A stretch of DNA of 64,000 nucleotides from a bacterium (GCA_021823625.1 JAKANS010000007.1:1321-65320), one strand, 5' to 3'. Positions 45,203 to 55,456 are shown, counted from the stretch's first letter. The notes: generated by a model not told the origin, from the letters alone. A program made the numbers and translations.

Positions 45203-46881
45203 TTTCTGCAATGAACACACGCCGTTCTCGCACATACCAAGACACCATTACGCAGGAGTTCGCCTTTCTGAAGGCGACCGCGAAACTGGAGGACCTTTTC
45301 GCGAAGGGACTGGACCTCCCCGCCAGCGCCGGCATGGTCGTGCCGCTGGCGAAGCTGCATGCCGACGATCCGGATCTGCCCGGGGAGATTGCCGCGTGGA
45401 ATGCGGCCGGCAGTTCGCCGCTGCCGGGTGCGGCGACAGAGCCCGCCGCGGCCAAGGCCTGGTTCGAATCGCTACTTGCCGCCGCGGATCGGTTGGGTTT
45501 CCTCGTGCTCGACAAGCATGGCCGCCGGACCGGGATCATAGCCTTCACTCGCGGCTTCGGAGACAATCTGGAGTTGGAGTTGGGCGTTGTCGCTGGCCAT
45601 TCTGGGCTGGCGGAAGCGGTGAATGCTGTCTGCCGTTGGGCGGCGAACACACTCTGGCCAGAGTGCATCATTGTCCGCGCCGGAGCTCCAAGCGAGTTTT
45701 TAACCGGTGCCGGCTTCTTCTTGGGCGAACGTGGCACTCTGGTATTCCGTCCCGGCGCCGGGAAGGCGGGTCAGACGACCATCCTCACCGCGGGGCCAAG
45801 CATCTCCGCCCGCGAGGCGAGTTACGCCCACCAGGCCACCAAGTATGGTTGGAACCACCAGTGGAATCGCTACCTCGCCGCGTTCGAGAAGCAATGCGCG
45901 GAGTACATCGGTGTGCCCCACGCCATCGCCACGTCTAGTTGCACCGGCGCACTGCACATCGCGCTGGCGGCGCTGGGCATTGGGCCGGGAGACGAGGTCA
46001 TCGTCCCGGACACCACGTGGGTGGCGACCGCCAACGCGGTGCTTTACGTCGGCGCGACGCCGGTGTTCGCCGACATTGACCTCGACAGTTGGTGCCTCGA
46101 TCCGGCGTCGTTCGAGGCCCAAATTACCTCCCGCACCAAGGCCGTCATGCCAGTCCATTTGTACGGGCATCCCTGCGACATGGACCCCATCCTGGCCATC
46201 GCGCGCCAGCACGGCTTGTTCGTTGTGGAGGATGCCGCACCTTCGATCGGAGCCGAATACAAAGGAAGGCGGACCGGTTCGTTTGGCGACTTTGCGTGCT
46301 TCAGTTTTCAGGGAGCGAAACTCGCGGTGACCGGCGAAGGCGGCATGTTGCTGACGCGCGATCCGAAGCTTCATGAAAAGGCCTATTCGATTTGGGACCA
46401 GGGCAGGAAGCCAGGCACATTCTGGATCCAATCCAACGGCGTGAAGTACAAGATGGCCAACCCGCTCGCTGCCATCGGGCTGGGCCAGTTGGAGCGGAAC
46501 GACGCGATGGTCGAAGCCAAGCGCCGGGTTTTCTCCTGGTATGCGGAGGGTCTCGCCGGTGTGCCGCACATTGTTCTCAATCGGGAGCAATCCTGGGCGC
46601 GCAGCATTTACTGGATGAGCAGCCTCCGGCTCGACGAGGCGGCGCCGGCCACGCGCGACGAATTGCGCGACCAGCTCAGGAAACGGAACGTGGACACGCG
46701 CTCCGTCTTCCCGGCCATCTCGCAATACCCGATCTGGCCGCTGAAACAATCACCCGCACCCGTGGCCCGGCGCGTGGGCGACCAGGCCATCAACCTGCCC
46801 AGTGGCGTCTGCCTGACCCGCGACGAGGTGGACTACGTCTGCTGCTGCATCCGCCAAGTGCTCGCGGGCAAGGCCGCCTGA
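45199..46881 (+). CDS. DegT/DnrJ aminotransferase with an extra ~190-aa N-terminal (GNAT-like?) domain
   Basis: SSCTGALH, PVHLYG, VEDAAP, FSFQGAK, TGEGGML; start is GTG 45199 or ATG 45211. Confidence 0.88.
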   Translation: MISAMNTRRSRTYQDTITQEFAFLKATAKLEDLFAKGLDLPASAGMVVPLAKLHADDPDLPGEIAAWNAAGSSPLPGAATEPAAAKAWFESLLAAADRLGFLVLDKHGRRTGIIAFTRGFGDNLELELGVVAGHSGLAEAVNAVCRWAANTLWPECIIVRAGAPSEFLTGAGFFLGERGTLVFRPGAGKAGQTTILTAGPSISAREASYAHQATKYGWNHQWNRYLAAFEKQCAEYIGVPHAIATSSCTGALHIALAALGIGPGDEVIVPDTTWVATANAVLYVGATPVFADIDLDSWCLDPASFEAQITSRTKAVMPVHLYGHPCDMDPILAIARQHGLFVVEDAAPSIGAEYKGRRTGSFGDFACFSFQGAKLAVTGEGGMLLTRDPKLHEKAYSIWDQGRKPGTFWIQSNGVKYKMANPLAAIGLGQLERNDAMVEAKRRVFSWYAEGLAGVPHIVLNREQSWARSIYWMSSLRLDEAAPATRDELRDQLRKRNVDTRSVFPAISQYPIWPLKQSPAPVARRVGDQAINLPSGVCLTRDEVDYVCCCIRQVLAGKAA

Positions 46882-47697
46882 ATGGACCGAATGTCCAGCG
46901 TCGAACTGGCCCGCCAGGCGCGCTGTCATGCGCTGCAGATGGTGGCGCGCGCCCGCGCCTCCCACGTCGGCGGCGCCCTTTCGATGGCCGACCTGCTGGG
47001 GGTGCTTTACACCGACATCCTCCGCTTCCGGCCCGACGATCCCGCCTGGCCGGAGCGCGATCGATTCCTGCTGAGCAAAGGACACTCCTGCACCTCGCTC
47101 TACGCGACGTTGGCCCTGCGCGGGTGCTTTCCCGTCGCCGAACTCGAAACTTACGGGGCCGATGGCTCGCGGCTCATGTCGCACATCAGCCACAAGGTGC
47201 CCGGCGTCGAATTCTCCACGGGTTCCTTGGGCCATGCGCTGCCATTTGGTCTGGGCATGGCACTGGCCGCCCGGCGCCGCGGGCTGTCCCACCGCGTGTT
47301 TGTCCTCGTCAGCGATGGCGAACTTGATGAAGGCTCGAACTGGGAGGCGCTCCTCCTGGCGCCGCAACATCGGCTGGACAACCTGGTGGTGCTCGTGGAT
47401 TACAACAAAATCCAGAGTCTCGGCTCGGTGGCCGAGGTGGCTGAACTCGGGCCTCTCGTGGAAAAACTCCGCGCCTTCCGCTGGGCGGTGCGCGAGCTCG
47501 ACGGCCACAACCATGACGAAATCCGCGCCGCTCTGGACACGTTGCCGTGGGAACGCGGCCGGCCAAACTGCCTGGTGGCCCACACCGTCAAAGGCAAGGG
47601 CGTGGAATTCATGGAGAACCGCCTTGAATGGCATTACCGGTCGCCGGACGCGACGCAACTGGCAGCCGCGTTAGCCGGGCTGGGAGGGGCCCCGTGA
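46882..47697 (+). CDS. Transketolase, N-terminal (TPP-binding) subunit
   Basis: HVGGALS, RDRFLLSKGH, STGSLGH, SDGELDEGSNWE, DGHN, HTVKGKG. Confidence 0.93.
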   Translation: MDRMSSVELARQARCHALQMVARARASHVGGALSMADLLGVLYTDILRFRPDDPAWPERDRFLLSKGHSCTSLYATLALRGCFPVAELETYGADGSRLMSHISHKVPGVEFSTGSLGHALPFGLGMALAARRRGLSHRVFVLVSDGELDEGSNWEALLLAPQHRLDNLVVLVDYNKIQSLGSVAEVAELGPLVEKLRAFRWAVRELDGHNHDEIRAALDTLPWERGRPNCLVAHTVKGKGVEFMENRLEWHYRSPDATQLAAALAGLGGAP

Positions 47698-48596
47698 GAA
47701 CCGCCTTCATCCGAGAACTCATCGCGCAGGCGCGCGAGCATCCGGATATTTTTCTCGTCGTCGGCGACCTGGGTTATTCCGTGGTTGAGCCGTTTGCACA
47801 GGAATTTCCTGACCGGTTTCTCAACGCGGGCGTGGCCGAACAAAACATGACGGGCGTCGCCGCCGGCCTGGCGTCCGAAGGCTACCACGTCTTCACCTAC
47901 TCGATCGCGAATTTTCCGACGCTGCGTTGCCTCGAGCAAATTCGCAACGACATCTGTTACCACGGCGTGCCGGTGACCGTGGTTTCGGTGGGGGCTGGCT
48001 TGTCTTATGGCAATCTCGGCTATTCGCATCACGCCGTCCAGGACCTGGGCATCCTCCGCACGTTTGGCGAGTTGACGATTCACTCGCCCGCCGATCCCGG
48101 TGAGGCCCGCGAATCTGTGCGCTGGCTGACCCGCAATCCCGGTCCCTCCTATCTGCGCCTGGGCAAGGCGGGCGAGCCTGACCTGTATCCGGCACAGCCG
48201 CTTGGCCCGCGCCCCAACGTGGTCCATCCGGGAACCGCCGATGTCGCGATTGCCGCGACCGGTTCCGTGCTTAAATGCGCGTTGGAAGCCGCGGCGTTCC
48301 TGCGATGTGACGGTCTGGATCCGGCGGTGCTTTCCTGTCCTTGGCTCCAACCGCTGGGCACTGAGTTTGCCGCCGTTTTCCAGGCGTATCGCCGCGTCCT
48401 GACCGTCGAGGAACACGTGGCCAGCGGCGGCTTGGGCTCGCTCATGAAGGAGTTGCTGCCGCGTTCGGTGGCGGTGGAGAGCCTGACGATTCCGCTCCCG
48501 GTCACACGCATGGTTGGCTCCCAGTCGTTTCTTCGCCGCGAGGCGGGGCTGGACGGCCCGGCGATTGCCGCGGCCTTGAAGCGCTTGGCGACCTGA
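47694..48596 (+). CDS. Transketolase, C-terminal subunit
   Basis: DLGY, NAGVAEQNM, EQIRND, YLRLGK, TVEEH...GGLGS; GTG start overlapping the upstream stop. Confidence 0.92.
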   Translation: MRTAFIRELIAQAREHPDIFLVVGDLGYSVVEPFAQEFPDRFLNAGVAEQNMTGVAAGLASEGYHVFTYSIANFPTLRCLEQIRNDICYHGVPVTVVSVGAGLSYGNLGYSHHAVQDLGILRTFGELTIHSPADPGEARESVRWLTRNPGPSYLRLGKAGEPDLYPAQPLGPRPNVVHPGTADVAIAATGSVLKCALEAAAFLRCDGLDPAVLSCPWLQPLGTEFAAVFQAYRRVLTVEEHVASGGLGSLMKELLPRSVAVESLTIPLPVTRMVGSQSFLRREAGLDGPAIAAALKRLAT

Positions 48597-49933
48597 TGCA
48601 AGCCCTGATCCAGCGGGCGCGGACCTGGGTGGGATTGGATCGAGCCATCCTTTTCAACCTGGTGGGGCGGGTCTGGTCCCTCCTCTCCGGGCCGGTCACC
48701 CTGTTCCTGGTTGGCACCCGGCTCAGCGAGTCGGAAATAGGCCTCTTCTACAATTTCTTCGGCATTCTCAGTCTCCAGGTCTTCCTTGAACTGGGGCTCG
48801 GCCAGTGCCTCGTGCAGTTTGCCAGCCACGAGTTCGCGCATCTGCGCTTCCGGGCGGATGGCACGTTGGAAGGCGAGGCGTCCGCGCGGGACCGATTGCT
48901 GGCCATGGCCCGGCTGGCGCTCAACTGGTATGCCGTCCTGGCCGGGTTGTTGATCCTCCTGGTCGGAGGGGGCGGTCATTGGTTCCTGTCCCGACAGGCA
49001 CTGGGCGGTGCGGTTTGGGTGGGGCCCTGGTGGGCGCTGATCGTGGTGGCGGCCTTCAATCTGATGACGCAACCGCTGTGGTTCATGTTGGAAGGCTGCA
49101 ACCAGGTGGTCTTCGTCAATGGCTATCGTACGTTCGCGCAAATCGCGACCGGGCTGGCGATGTGGACCACCATTCTTCTGGGCGGGCGGCTGGCAGCAAA
49201 CGCTTCGGGGATGGCTGGGGCCGTCGTGGTGAGCCTGAGCCTGTTATTGATCCAGCGCCGCTCCTTCCTTCGCCAGGTTTTGGGCCATTCGGCCCGCGGA
49301 GCCACGGCACTGCTTCGCGAAATATGGCCTTTCCAATGGCGCATGGCGCTGAGTTCCGCCAGTGGATACCTGATTTTCAGCCTGTTCACGCCTGCCATCA
49401 CCTGGCTCTACGGCCTGGAGGTCGGCGGCCGGATGGGCATGACCTGGCAACTGGCGAGCGCCTTGAGCATGGCCGCATCGGCTTGGGTGAGCACGAAGGC
49501 GCCCCGTTACGGCATGCTGATCAGCCAGCGGCGGTTTGCCGAATTGGACGCGCTCGCCCGCCAGGTCATGATCCGGGTGGTGTCGCTCGGCGTGATCGGT
49601 GCTGTGGTCATGGTGGCGGGGGTGGCCTGGCTCAAGGCGCATTTCGCCTTTGGGCAGCGCTTCCTGGACCTGCCCTCGGTGGCCTTCCTGGCGCTCGCCA
49701 CCGTGTCGAACCTGGTCATGGTTTCCCAGGCCTTCTACCTCCGGGCGCACAAGCGGGAACCGTTTGTCTGGACGGCGGTCGCCGACGGCCTCCTCGTCGC
49801 CCTCGGCGTGGCCACCTTGGGTCGCGCTTATGGACCGCGCGGCGCCTGCCTGGCCTACGCGATCATTCAGACCGCGCTGCTCCCTTTCTCGACGCTGATT
49901 TTCCGCACCTGCCGGTGCCGGTGGCACGCTTAG
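48596..49933 (+). CDS. Polysaccharide flippase (Wzx-like) membrane protein
   Basis: About 12 TM segments, 'ELGLG', position in a sugar operon. Confidence 0.75.
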   Translation: MQALIQRARTWVGLDRAILFNLVGRVWSLLSGPVTLFLVGTRLSESEIGLFYNFFGILSLQVFLELGLGQCLVQFASHEFAHLRFRADGTLEGEASARDRLLAMARLALNWYAVLAGLLILLVGGGGHWFLSRQALGGAVWVGPWWALIVVAAFNLMTQPLWFMLEGCNQVVFVNGYRTFAQIATGLAMWTTILLGGRLAANASGMAGAVVVSLSLLLIQRRSFLRQVLGHSARGATALLREIWPFQWRMALSSASGYLIFSLFTPAITWLYGLEVGGRMGMTWQLASALSMAASAWVSTKAPRYGMLISQRRFAELDALARQVMIRVVSLGVIGAVVMVAGVAWLKAHFAFGQRFLDLPSVAFLALATVSNLVMVSQAFYLRAHKREPFVWTAVADGLLVALGVATLGRAYGPRGACLAYAIIQTALLPFSTLIFRTCRCRWHA

Positions 49934-50025
49934 AGCGATCTTTGCGGGTACGCACCGATTCAGGGAAGCCAAGGCTGAACTGGCGTCGGCAAACGCGGAG
50001 AGTCTGTCTGAGAAACAGCCGGGTT

Positions 50026-50178
50026 GTGCCTGAAATCACGGTCATCGTGCCAACCGTCACCGGCCCGGAGATGCTGCGCACAGCTCTCCAGACGGTGGCC
50101 CGGCAATCCGCGCGAGATTGGATCGAATGCGTCATTGTGTCTGAAAACGGTGGCGGCAACAGTTCCTCGTCAAGCTGA
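50026..50178 (+). pseudogene. N-terminal fragment of a GT2 glycosyltransferase
   Basis: PEITVIVPTVTGPEMLRTALQTVARQS...VIVSENGG, then stop after 50 codons. Confidence 0.65.
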
Positions 50179-50481
50179 AGCTCCCGCACCTATGCTTTCA
50201 TTGTCTCCGCGTGACGCATGTGAATCGGGTCCGGCGAGTCGGGATCCCTAGGGAGGCGGTCATGCGATTGGCAAATCACGCCTCGGAGTTGGTCCATCGG
50301 ATCTACCAGCGGGAGCGCGTCGAGGGCGTCGTCAAGTGGCGGGATGCCATGCGCTTTCCCCGTTGGCATGTGGCGTCAAAGTGACCAGGGGCGATTCGAC
50401 GGAATTTGCTCGTGCCGGCAGTGGTTCTCGAACGATTATTGAGCAGTCACCCGGCGAGAACCAGAACCGCTGACCAAGCCT

Positions 50482-53223
50482 ATGTTCAAGCGCATTGCCC
50501 TGCACCCTGTCATTCCACACCTGAGGGCCTGGTGCCTAGGACTGGCGTTCGGGCTCGGCGTGGCCGCTTCCGGTCTGGCTGAGGATACCAACCTCGTCTT
50601 CAACGGCTCGTTTGAATCCAGCCGACCCAGCTCAGACGCGCCCGACGGCTGGTCGGCGGCCGGCAACCCCGCCGTGAAGCAGCGGTTGGTCTTGGACGCC
50701 GGTCGCGACGGCCAGCCCTGTGCCAAGCTTGAATGCACCGAGTTTGCCGGCGACGGACCCGATTTCCACGCGATGATCTGTCAGTCCGGCCACGTGAGCG
50801 TGCGCCGTGGCCAGTGGTATCGGCTGGCGTTTTGGGCGAAAGGGCAAGGCATCAAAGGCGGCGCGGTCGAAGTGGCGCTCAACAACACCGATCCATGGGA
50901 GAATGCCGGCCTGGCCGACGCGTTCCGGACTGGCGCACGCTGGGAGCGGTTCGAGATGCTTTTTCGAGCCGACCGCGATTTACCTGCCGCCACGAGCCGG
51001 CTCCAGTTCTGGTTCAAGGACACCGGCACGCTCTGGCTCGACGACGTGGAACTCACCGAGTCGGCGGAAGGCCAGCAGTGGTTCCCGCAAATCGTCACCG
51101 CGGGGGTGAAGAACTTCGTGCCGAACAGCAGCTTCGAGTGCGGCCCGGCGGGCTGGGGCAGCTACACTTGGGGGCTGGGTGGCTGGGCGGGAAATCTGTA
51201 CCGGCTCGAAGGGGAACTCGACGGGGCCGTCGCCCAGCACGGCCAGCATTCGCTGAAGATCGCGCTCAACCCGGCGACGCTGCCGGTGTTCTGGTTCGAT
51301 TACTACGAGCCGGTTCGCCAGCCGGTCCGCCGCGTGCTCGTGGCCAATCGCGGCTGGTTCCGCGTGAAACCCGGCGAGCGACTCACGCTGTCCGCCTTCC
51401 TGCGCGCCGACGCCGACGCGGTGACTGCGCAACTCGCCGCCGTGGAACCCGGTGAGCCCGTCGATCGAAAGGCCGTGACCGTCGGCCGCGACTGGACGCG
51501 GCAGGAATTCAGCTTCGTCCCGTCGCAGCCGTTTGTGTTCATCGCGGTGGGCCTGGATCTGGAGGCTTCCCGACTCGACGCGGCGACCCTCTGGGTGGAT
51601 GCGATCCAGTTGGAACGCGGCGCGCAGGCCACGGCCTACCAACCGCGACAGCCTGTCGAGTCGTTTCTCGAAACCGGCCAGGTGGGCAACATCTTCACAA
51701 ACGCGGCGCAAGGCGCCGCGTTCACGGTGCGCGCCTTCAACGACACGGACGCGCCGGCGGAGGTCCGGGGTCAATTCGCGTTGACGAACTTCTTCGACCA
51801 ACGCGCCTTCACGAGTGAGCCAGAGATGAAGCTCGCGGCGCACGCCAGCGGCAGCCTCGCCTTGCGGAATGTGGTTCCGAATCGGCTCGGCTTCTTCCAG
51901 GCAAGCTGGGCCGCGGGCACGGGCGCCAACTCGCTCCGCTGCGCGATCGTCGAACCCGCCGATCCGCTGCTGGCCGATTCGCCGCTGGGTTTCAATCACG
52001 CCTACTCATGGGACTTTCTCGTCCGCCTGGCGCGGGAAGCCGGCATCGTCTGGTGGCGCGATTGGTCGGCCAAGTGGCAGACCGTCGAACCGGAGAAAGG
52101 CCGGTTCGACTGGGCGGTTGCGGACCCGCAAATCCAGCGGGTGCTCGCGCTCAATAGCCAGGTGGAAGTGCTGCTGCCATTCCCGTCCACCACGTGGTCC
52201 ACTTCCGCACGTGCCGAGGAAGTGGCGCAAGCGGCCGGCGCCGACAGTTACCTCCGCACGCGGCTGCCGCTGGCCTGTGCCCCGAAGGACTTGAGCGACT
52301 TCGGCCGCTATGCCGCCGAAACCGTCCGCCACTATCGCCGCGAGTCACCGCGGAGCGTCACGCATTTCCAGATCCTCAACGAGCCGGTCTATACCGATTA
52401 CGCGTTGCCGCAGAAGTTCGGCTACACGCTGGACGATTACCTGCGGCTGGTGGAGGTCGCGTACCGCGCGATCAAGGCGGCCGATCCGCAGGCGGTGGTC
52501 GTCGGGGGCCTCAGCGCGAACCTGGAATCCGGCTGGACCCGCGACTTCGTGAAGCGGGGCGGGCTCCAGTTCGTGGATGTGTTCGACCTTCACAACTACG
52601 ATCCTGCCCGGCCCGCCGAGAGTTTTGAAGACGCGTTCCGTTCGCTCGAAGACCTCATGCGCGCCCACGGCGGCCCCAAGCCGGTGTGGATCACCGAATG
52701 GGGCTGCTACGCCGACGACGATCCGCCCTGCGTCCCGGTGGCGGTCGGGGACGCGACGATGAATCGCTGCCGCTGGCCCAGCGAGCGCGCGGCCACCGAG
52801 CACATCGTGAAATTCACCGCGGTGGCCTTCGCCCACGGCGTGCGGAAGATCTTCTTCCACGCCGGCACCTGCGGGCCGATCAACGGGGTGGACGCGGGCG
52901 GAGTACTGTTCGAGTATGGCGGGGCACCGCGGCGGATGTACGCCGGCGTCGCCGCGCTGACGAAGCTGCTGGGCGTGCCGGAAGCCTGCGAGCGCATCGT
53001 GAACCGCGATGGCACCAGCGCCTACTGCTTCCGGACCGGCGGCCGGACACTTGCCCTCGCCTGGCGGACCGGCGAAGGGAGCAAACCGCTGAAACCCGTT
53101 GAGGGCATCACCGTGCGCGACCTCATGGGCAACCCGATCGAGGTGAACGCCGCTGTCTTGAGCGAAACGCCGATCTACCTGCTCGGCACCAGCGCGGACG
53201 GGGTGGAACGCGCTCTGCCGTGA
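50482..53223 (+). CDS. Secreted clan GH-A glycoside hydrolase (GH39/GH5-like) with two CBM4/9-like modules
   Basis: 'NLVFNGSFE' and 'NFVPNSSFE' CBM starts; catalytic 'ILNEP' and 'WITEWG'. Confidence 0.82.
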   Translation: MFKRIALHPVIPHLRAWCLGLAFGLGVAASGLAEDTNLVFNGSFESSRPSSDAPDGWSAAGNPAVKQRLVLDAGRDGQPCAKLECTEFAGDGPDFHAMICQSGHVSVRRGQWYRLAFWAKGQGIKGGAVEVALNNTDPWENAGLADAFRTGARWERFEMLFRADRDLPAATSRLQFWFKDTGTLWLDDVELTESAEGQQWFPQIVTAGVKNFVPNSSFECGPAGWGSYTWGLGGWAGNLYRLEGELDGAVAQHGQHSLKIALNPATLPVFWFDYYEPVRQPVRRVLVANRGWFRVKPGERLTLSAFLRADADAVTAQLAAVEPGEPVDRKAVTVGRDWTRQEFSFVPSQPFVFIAVGLDLEASRLDAATLWVDAIQLERGAQATAYQPRQPVESFLETGQVGNIFTNAAQGAAFTVRAFNDTDAPAEVRGQFALTNFFDQRAFTSEPEMKLAAHASGSLALRNVVPNRLGFFQASWAAGTGANSLRCAIVEPADPLLADSPLGFNHAYSWDFLVRLAREAGIVWWRDWSAKWQTVEPEKGRFDWAVADPQIQRVLALNSQVEVLLPFPSTTWSTSARAEEVAQAAGADSYLRTRLPLACAPKDLSDFGRYAAETVRHYRRESPRSVTHFQILNEPVYTDYALPQKFGYTLDDYLRLVEVAYRAIKAADPQAVVVGGLSANLESGWTRDFVKRGGLQFVDVFDLHNYDPARPAESFEDAFRSLEDLMRAHGGPKPVWITEWGCYADDDPPCVPVAVGDATMNRCRWPSERAATEHIVKFTAVAFAHGVRKIFFHAGTCGPINGVDAGGVLFEYGGAPRRMYAGVAALTKLLGVPEACERIVNRDGTSAYCFRTGGRTLALAWRTGEGSKPLKPVEGITVRDLMGNPIEVNAAVLSETPIYLLGTSADGVERALP

Positions 53224-53231
53224 TCCCAATC

Positions 53232-54746
53232 ATGAAAAACGTTTTTGCCAAACGCTGGTCCGCGATTCCAGTTGCGCTGCTCGCGTTCTGCGTGCCGGTA
53301 GGCCACCCAGCGCAGGGCGCCGCGCCCGTGACGACCTGGGCTGCGCCGCCGGGCGAGACGCTATGCGAGGACTACGCGCTCCGGGTCAACGGACAGCCGG
53401 TGCCGGTTTACTCCTGCCGGGTGTCGGCCGTGCCGTTCGACCAGGTGTGGCCCGGATACCAACGCCCCGCCGACCAGACTGAGCTCGCGGGGTTCGCCCA
53501 GTGGGGCATGTCAGGCCCGGTGTCGGTGGAGATCACCTCGCAGCGGCCGTTCACCAACGTCGTCGTCCGGCCGGGCTCGCGCGAGGTCCGTCCCACCGTG
53601 AGCGGTCGGGCCATCACGTTCGCCCTCGCGAAGTCCGGGCAGGTGACCGTCGAACTGGACGGTCCGCATCACGCGCTGCACCTGTTCGCCGATCCGCCGG
53701 AAGTCGGCGCCCCCAGGGGCGACGAAGCCGGGGTGCGGTACTTTGGACCGGGCGTTCATCGGCCGGGCAAGATCCAGCTTAAGAGCGGTGAGACGCTCTA
53801 CCTCGCCGGCGGAGCGGTGGTCTATACCGCGGTCGAGGCGCGCGGGGCGACGGGCGTGCGGATTCTGGGCCGCGGGGTCATCGATACGAGCGAGTACGAC
53901 CGGGACAAAGGCGGCGGCTGTATCCGGTTGACCGACTGTTCGGACGTTAAGATTGAAGGCGTGATCCTGCGCGACCCGGACGTCTGGTGTCTCAGCGCGT
54001 TCGGCTGCCGGAACCTCGAGATCGCCAACGTCAAGCTCGTCGGACTGTGGCGCTACAACGCCGACGGCATCGACATCTGTAACAGCCAGCACGTCGTCAT
54101 CCGCAACTCCTTCGTGCGCGCTTTCGACGACGCCATCGTACTCAAGGGGTTGAACTGGGGTAAGGGCGGCTTCCAGGAGAGGCCGGTGCGAAACGTGCGC
54201 GTTCACGACCTGGTGGTGTGGTGTGACTGGGGCCGGGCGCTGGAAATCGGGGCCGAGACGTCAGCGCCCGAGATTGCCGACGTTCGGTTCCAGGACTGCG
54301 ACATCATCCGGACGACGCACATTGCCATGGACATCCAGTGCGGCGACCGGGCGCTGGTTCGCGACATCCGGTATGAGAACATCCGGGTCGAGATCGACGA
54401 CGTCTGTCCCGCTCCGCGCATGCAGGGCAGCCGCGACGAGCGGTACGTGGAGAACCCCCACGATAAGTACCTGCCGAATCTGCTGGTGATCGTGATCGGC
54501 CAGAACCCCTACTCGCAGGATGCCGAGCGCGGCAACGTCCGCGACGTCGCCTACTCCGACGTGTCCGTCACAGGGAAACGCGCTCCACGATCCTGCTTCA
54601 ACGGTCTCGACTCCCAGCACACGGTCCAGCGGGTCACCATTGACAACCTGCGGCTGAGCGGCAAGCCCGCAAACAGTGCGGCTGACGCCAACCTGTCGGT
54701 GGGCAAGTACGTGAGCGACGTTCTTTTCGGCAAGGCCGCGGAGTAA
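53232..54746 (+). CDS. Secreted right-handed beta-helix glycoside hydrolase (GH28/GH49-like)
   Basis: 'YFGPGVH', 'LYLAGGAVV', 'GRGVID', 'NADGIDI', 'DDAIVLK'. Confidence 0.82.
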   Translation: MKNVFAKRWSAIPVALLAFCVPVGHPAQGAAPVTTWAAPPGETLCEDYALRVNGQPVPVYSCRVSAVPFDQVWPGYQRPADQTELAGFAQWGMSGPVSVEITSQRPFTNVVVRPGSREVRPTVSGRAITFALAKSGQVTVELDGPHHALHLFADPPEVGAPRGDEAGVRYFGPGVHRPGKIQLKSGETLYLAGGAVVYTAVEARGATGVRILGRGVIDTSEYDRDKGGGCIRLTDCSDVKIEGVILRDPDVWCLSAFGCRNLEIANVKLVGLWRYNADGIDICNSQHVVIRNSFVRAFDDAIVLKGLNWGKGGFQERPVRNVRVHDLVVWCDWGRALEIGAETSAPEIADVRFQDCDIIRTTHIAMDIQCGDRALVRDIRYENIRVEIDDVCPAPRMQGSRDERYVENPHDKYLPNLLVIVIGQNPYSQDAERGNVRDVAYSDVSVTGKRAPRSCFNGLDSQHTVQRVTIDNLRLSGKPANSAADANLSVGKYVSDVLFGKAAE

Positions 54747-54858
54747 CGGCCGCGGCGCTGACGGCCGCCCTGCCGTCTGCCCAGCCCGGCGGCGGGACTG
54801 CGTCCCTCTTGTCATCGAGTTCGGTGAATGCGACGAGGGCTTGAGGAACGGGTAAGGT

Positions 54859-54955
54859 GCTTCTTCGACGTGCATGATGGGTATCAGCCATAGTGGGGAA
54901 TCTCCAACTTGCCAGCCACAAAGTAGAGCATGGCGATCTGATACTCGGCGGAATG
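54859..54955 (-). mobile_element. ISL3-family IS remnant (transposase C-terminus plus right end)
   Basis: Minus-strand peptide SAEYQIAMLYFVAGKLEIPHYG* (54952-54884) followed by TACCCA...CGAAGAAGC, resembling an ISL3 end. Confidence 0.55.
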
Positions 54956-55137
54956 TAGATGTTGAGCTTCTCGACGACTTTGACCTCGAAGTGCGCCCAA
55001 GGCAGGTCATCGCAGACCACGTCCGGCGAGTCCGGTGAGCCGCTCAACTGCTGCCCGCGCCGCGCCCGGTAACCGTTCGCCCGCAACTCGTCGCGCCGCT
55101 GGCACTCGCCCCTGGCTCCCTTTGCCCGGCTGTTCAT
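54956..55137 (-). pseudogene. Phage-type Holliday-junction resolvase (PD-(D/E)XK), 3'-truncated
   Basis: MNSRAKGARGE...ARRGQQLSGSPDSPDVV...HFEVKVVEKLNIY, then runs into the IS fragment. Confidence 0.65.
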
Positions 55138-55261
55138 TGCCAGCCTCCTTCGAGGCGCTGTTGTTGCACACCAGCGACGTTTCGCTCAACCGGCGCCGCG
55201 CGCCCTCGGGCCGGAAGCGCATGAGTCGTTCGTTGGGGTTGGCCGTGCTCATGGTGCCGCC

Positions 55262-55456
55262 TCAGCGGTCGAAGATTTCAAACGCCGGCTTCTGCAAGAC
55301 CTCCGCGATCCGGTGCTTGGTGTCGCCATCAGGCCGGGCGCGGCCTGTTTCCAGCCGGGAGATGTCGATCTCCTTGCAACCGACCTTGTCCGCGAGTTGA
55401 AGCTGGGTGAGGCCCTGGGGCACCGGCGTCGCCTTCAGTCTGTAATTCGATGCCAT
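55262..55456 (-). CDS. XRE/Cro-family helix-turn-helix protein
   Basis: 64 aa, 'GLTQLQLADKVG...ISRLETGRARP...IAEVL'. Confidence 0.82.
   Translation of the reverse strand: MASNYRLKATPVPQGLTQLQLADKVGCKEIDISRLETGRARPDGDTKHRIAEVLQKPAFEIFDR

Noticed and set aside
50170-50480. Second att copy (tRNA-Met 3' end duplicate) marking the far end of an island
   Set aside because: No TGGTTGCGGGG-like match found by eye, so the island boundary is inferred only from the GT2 truncation
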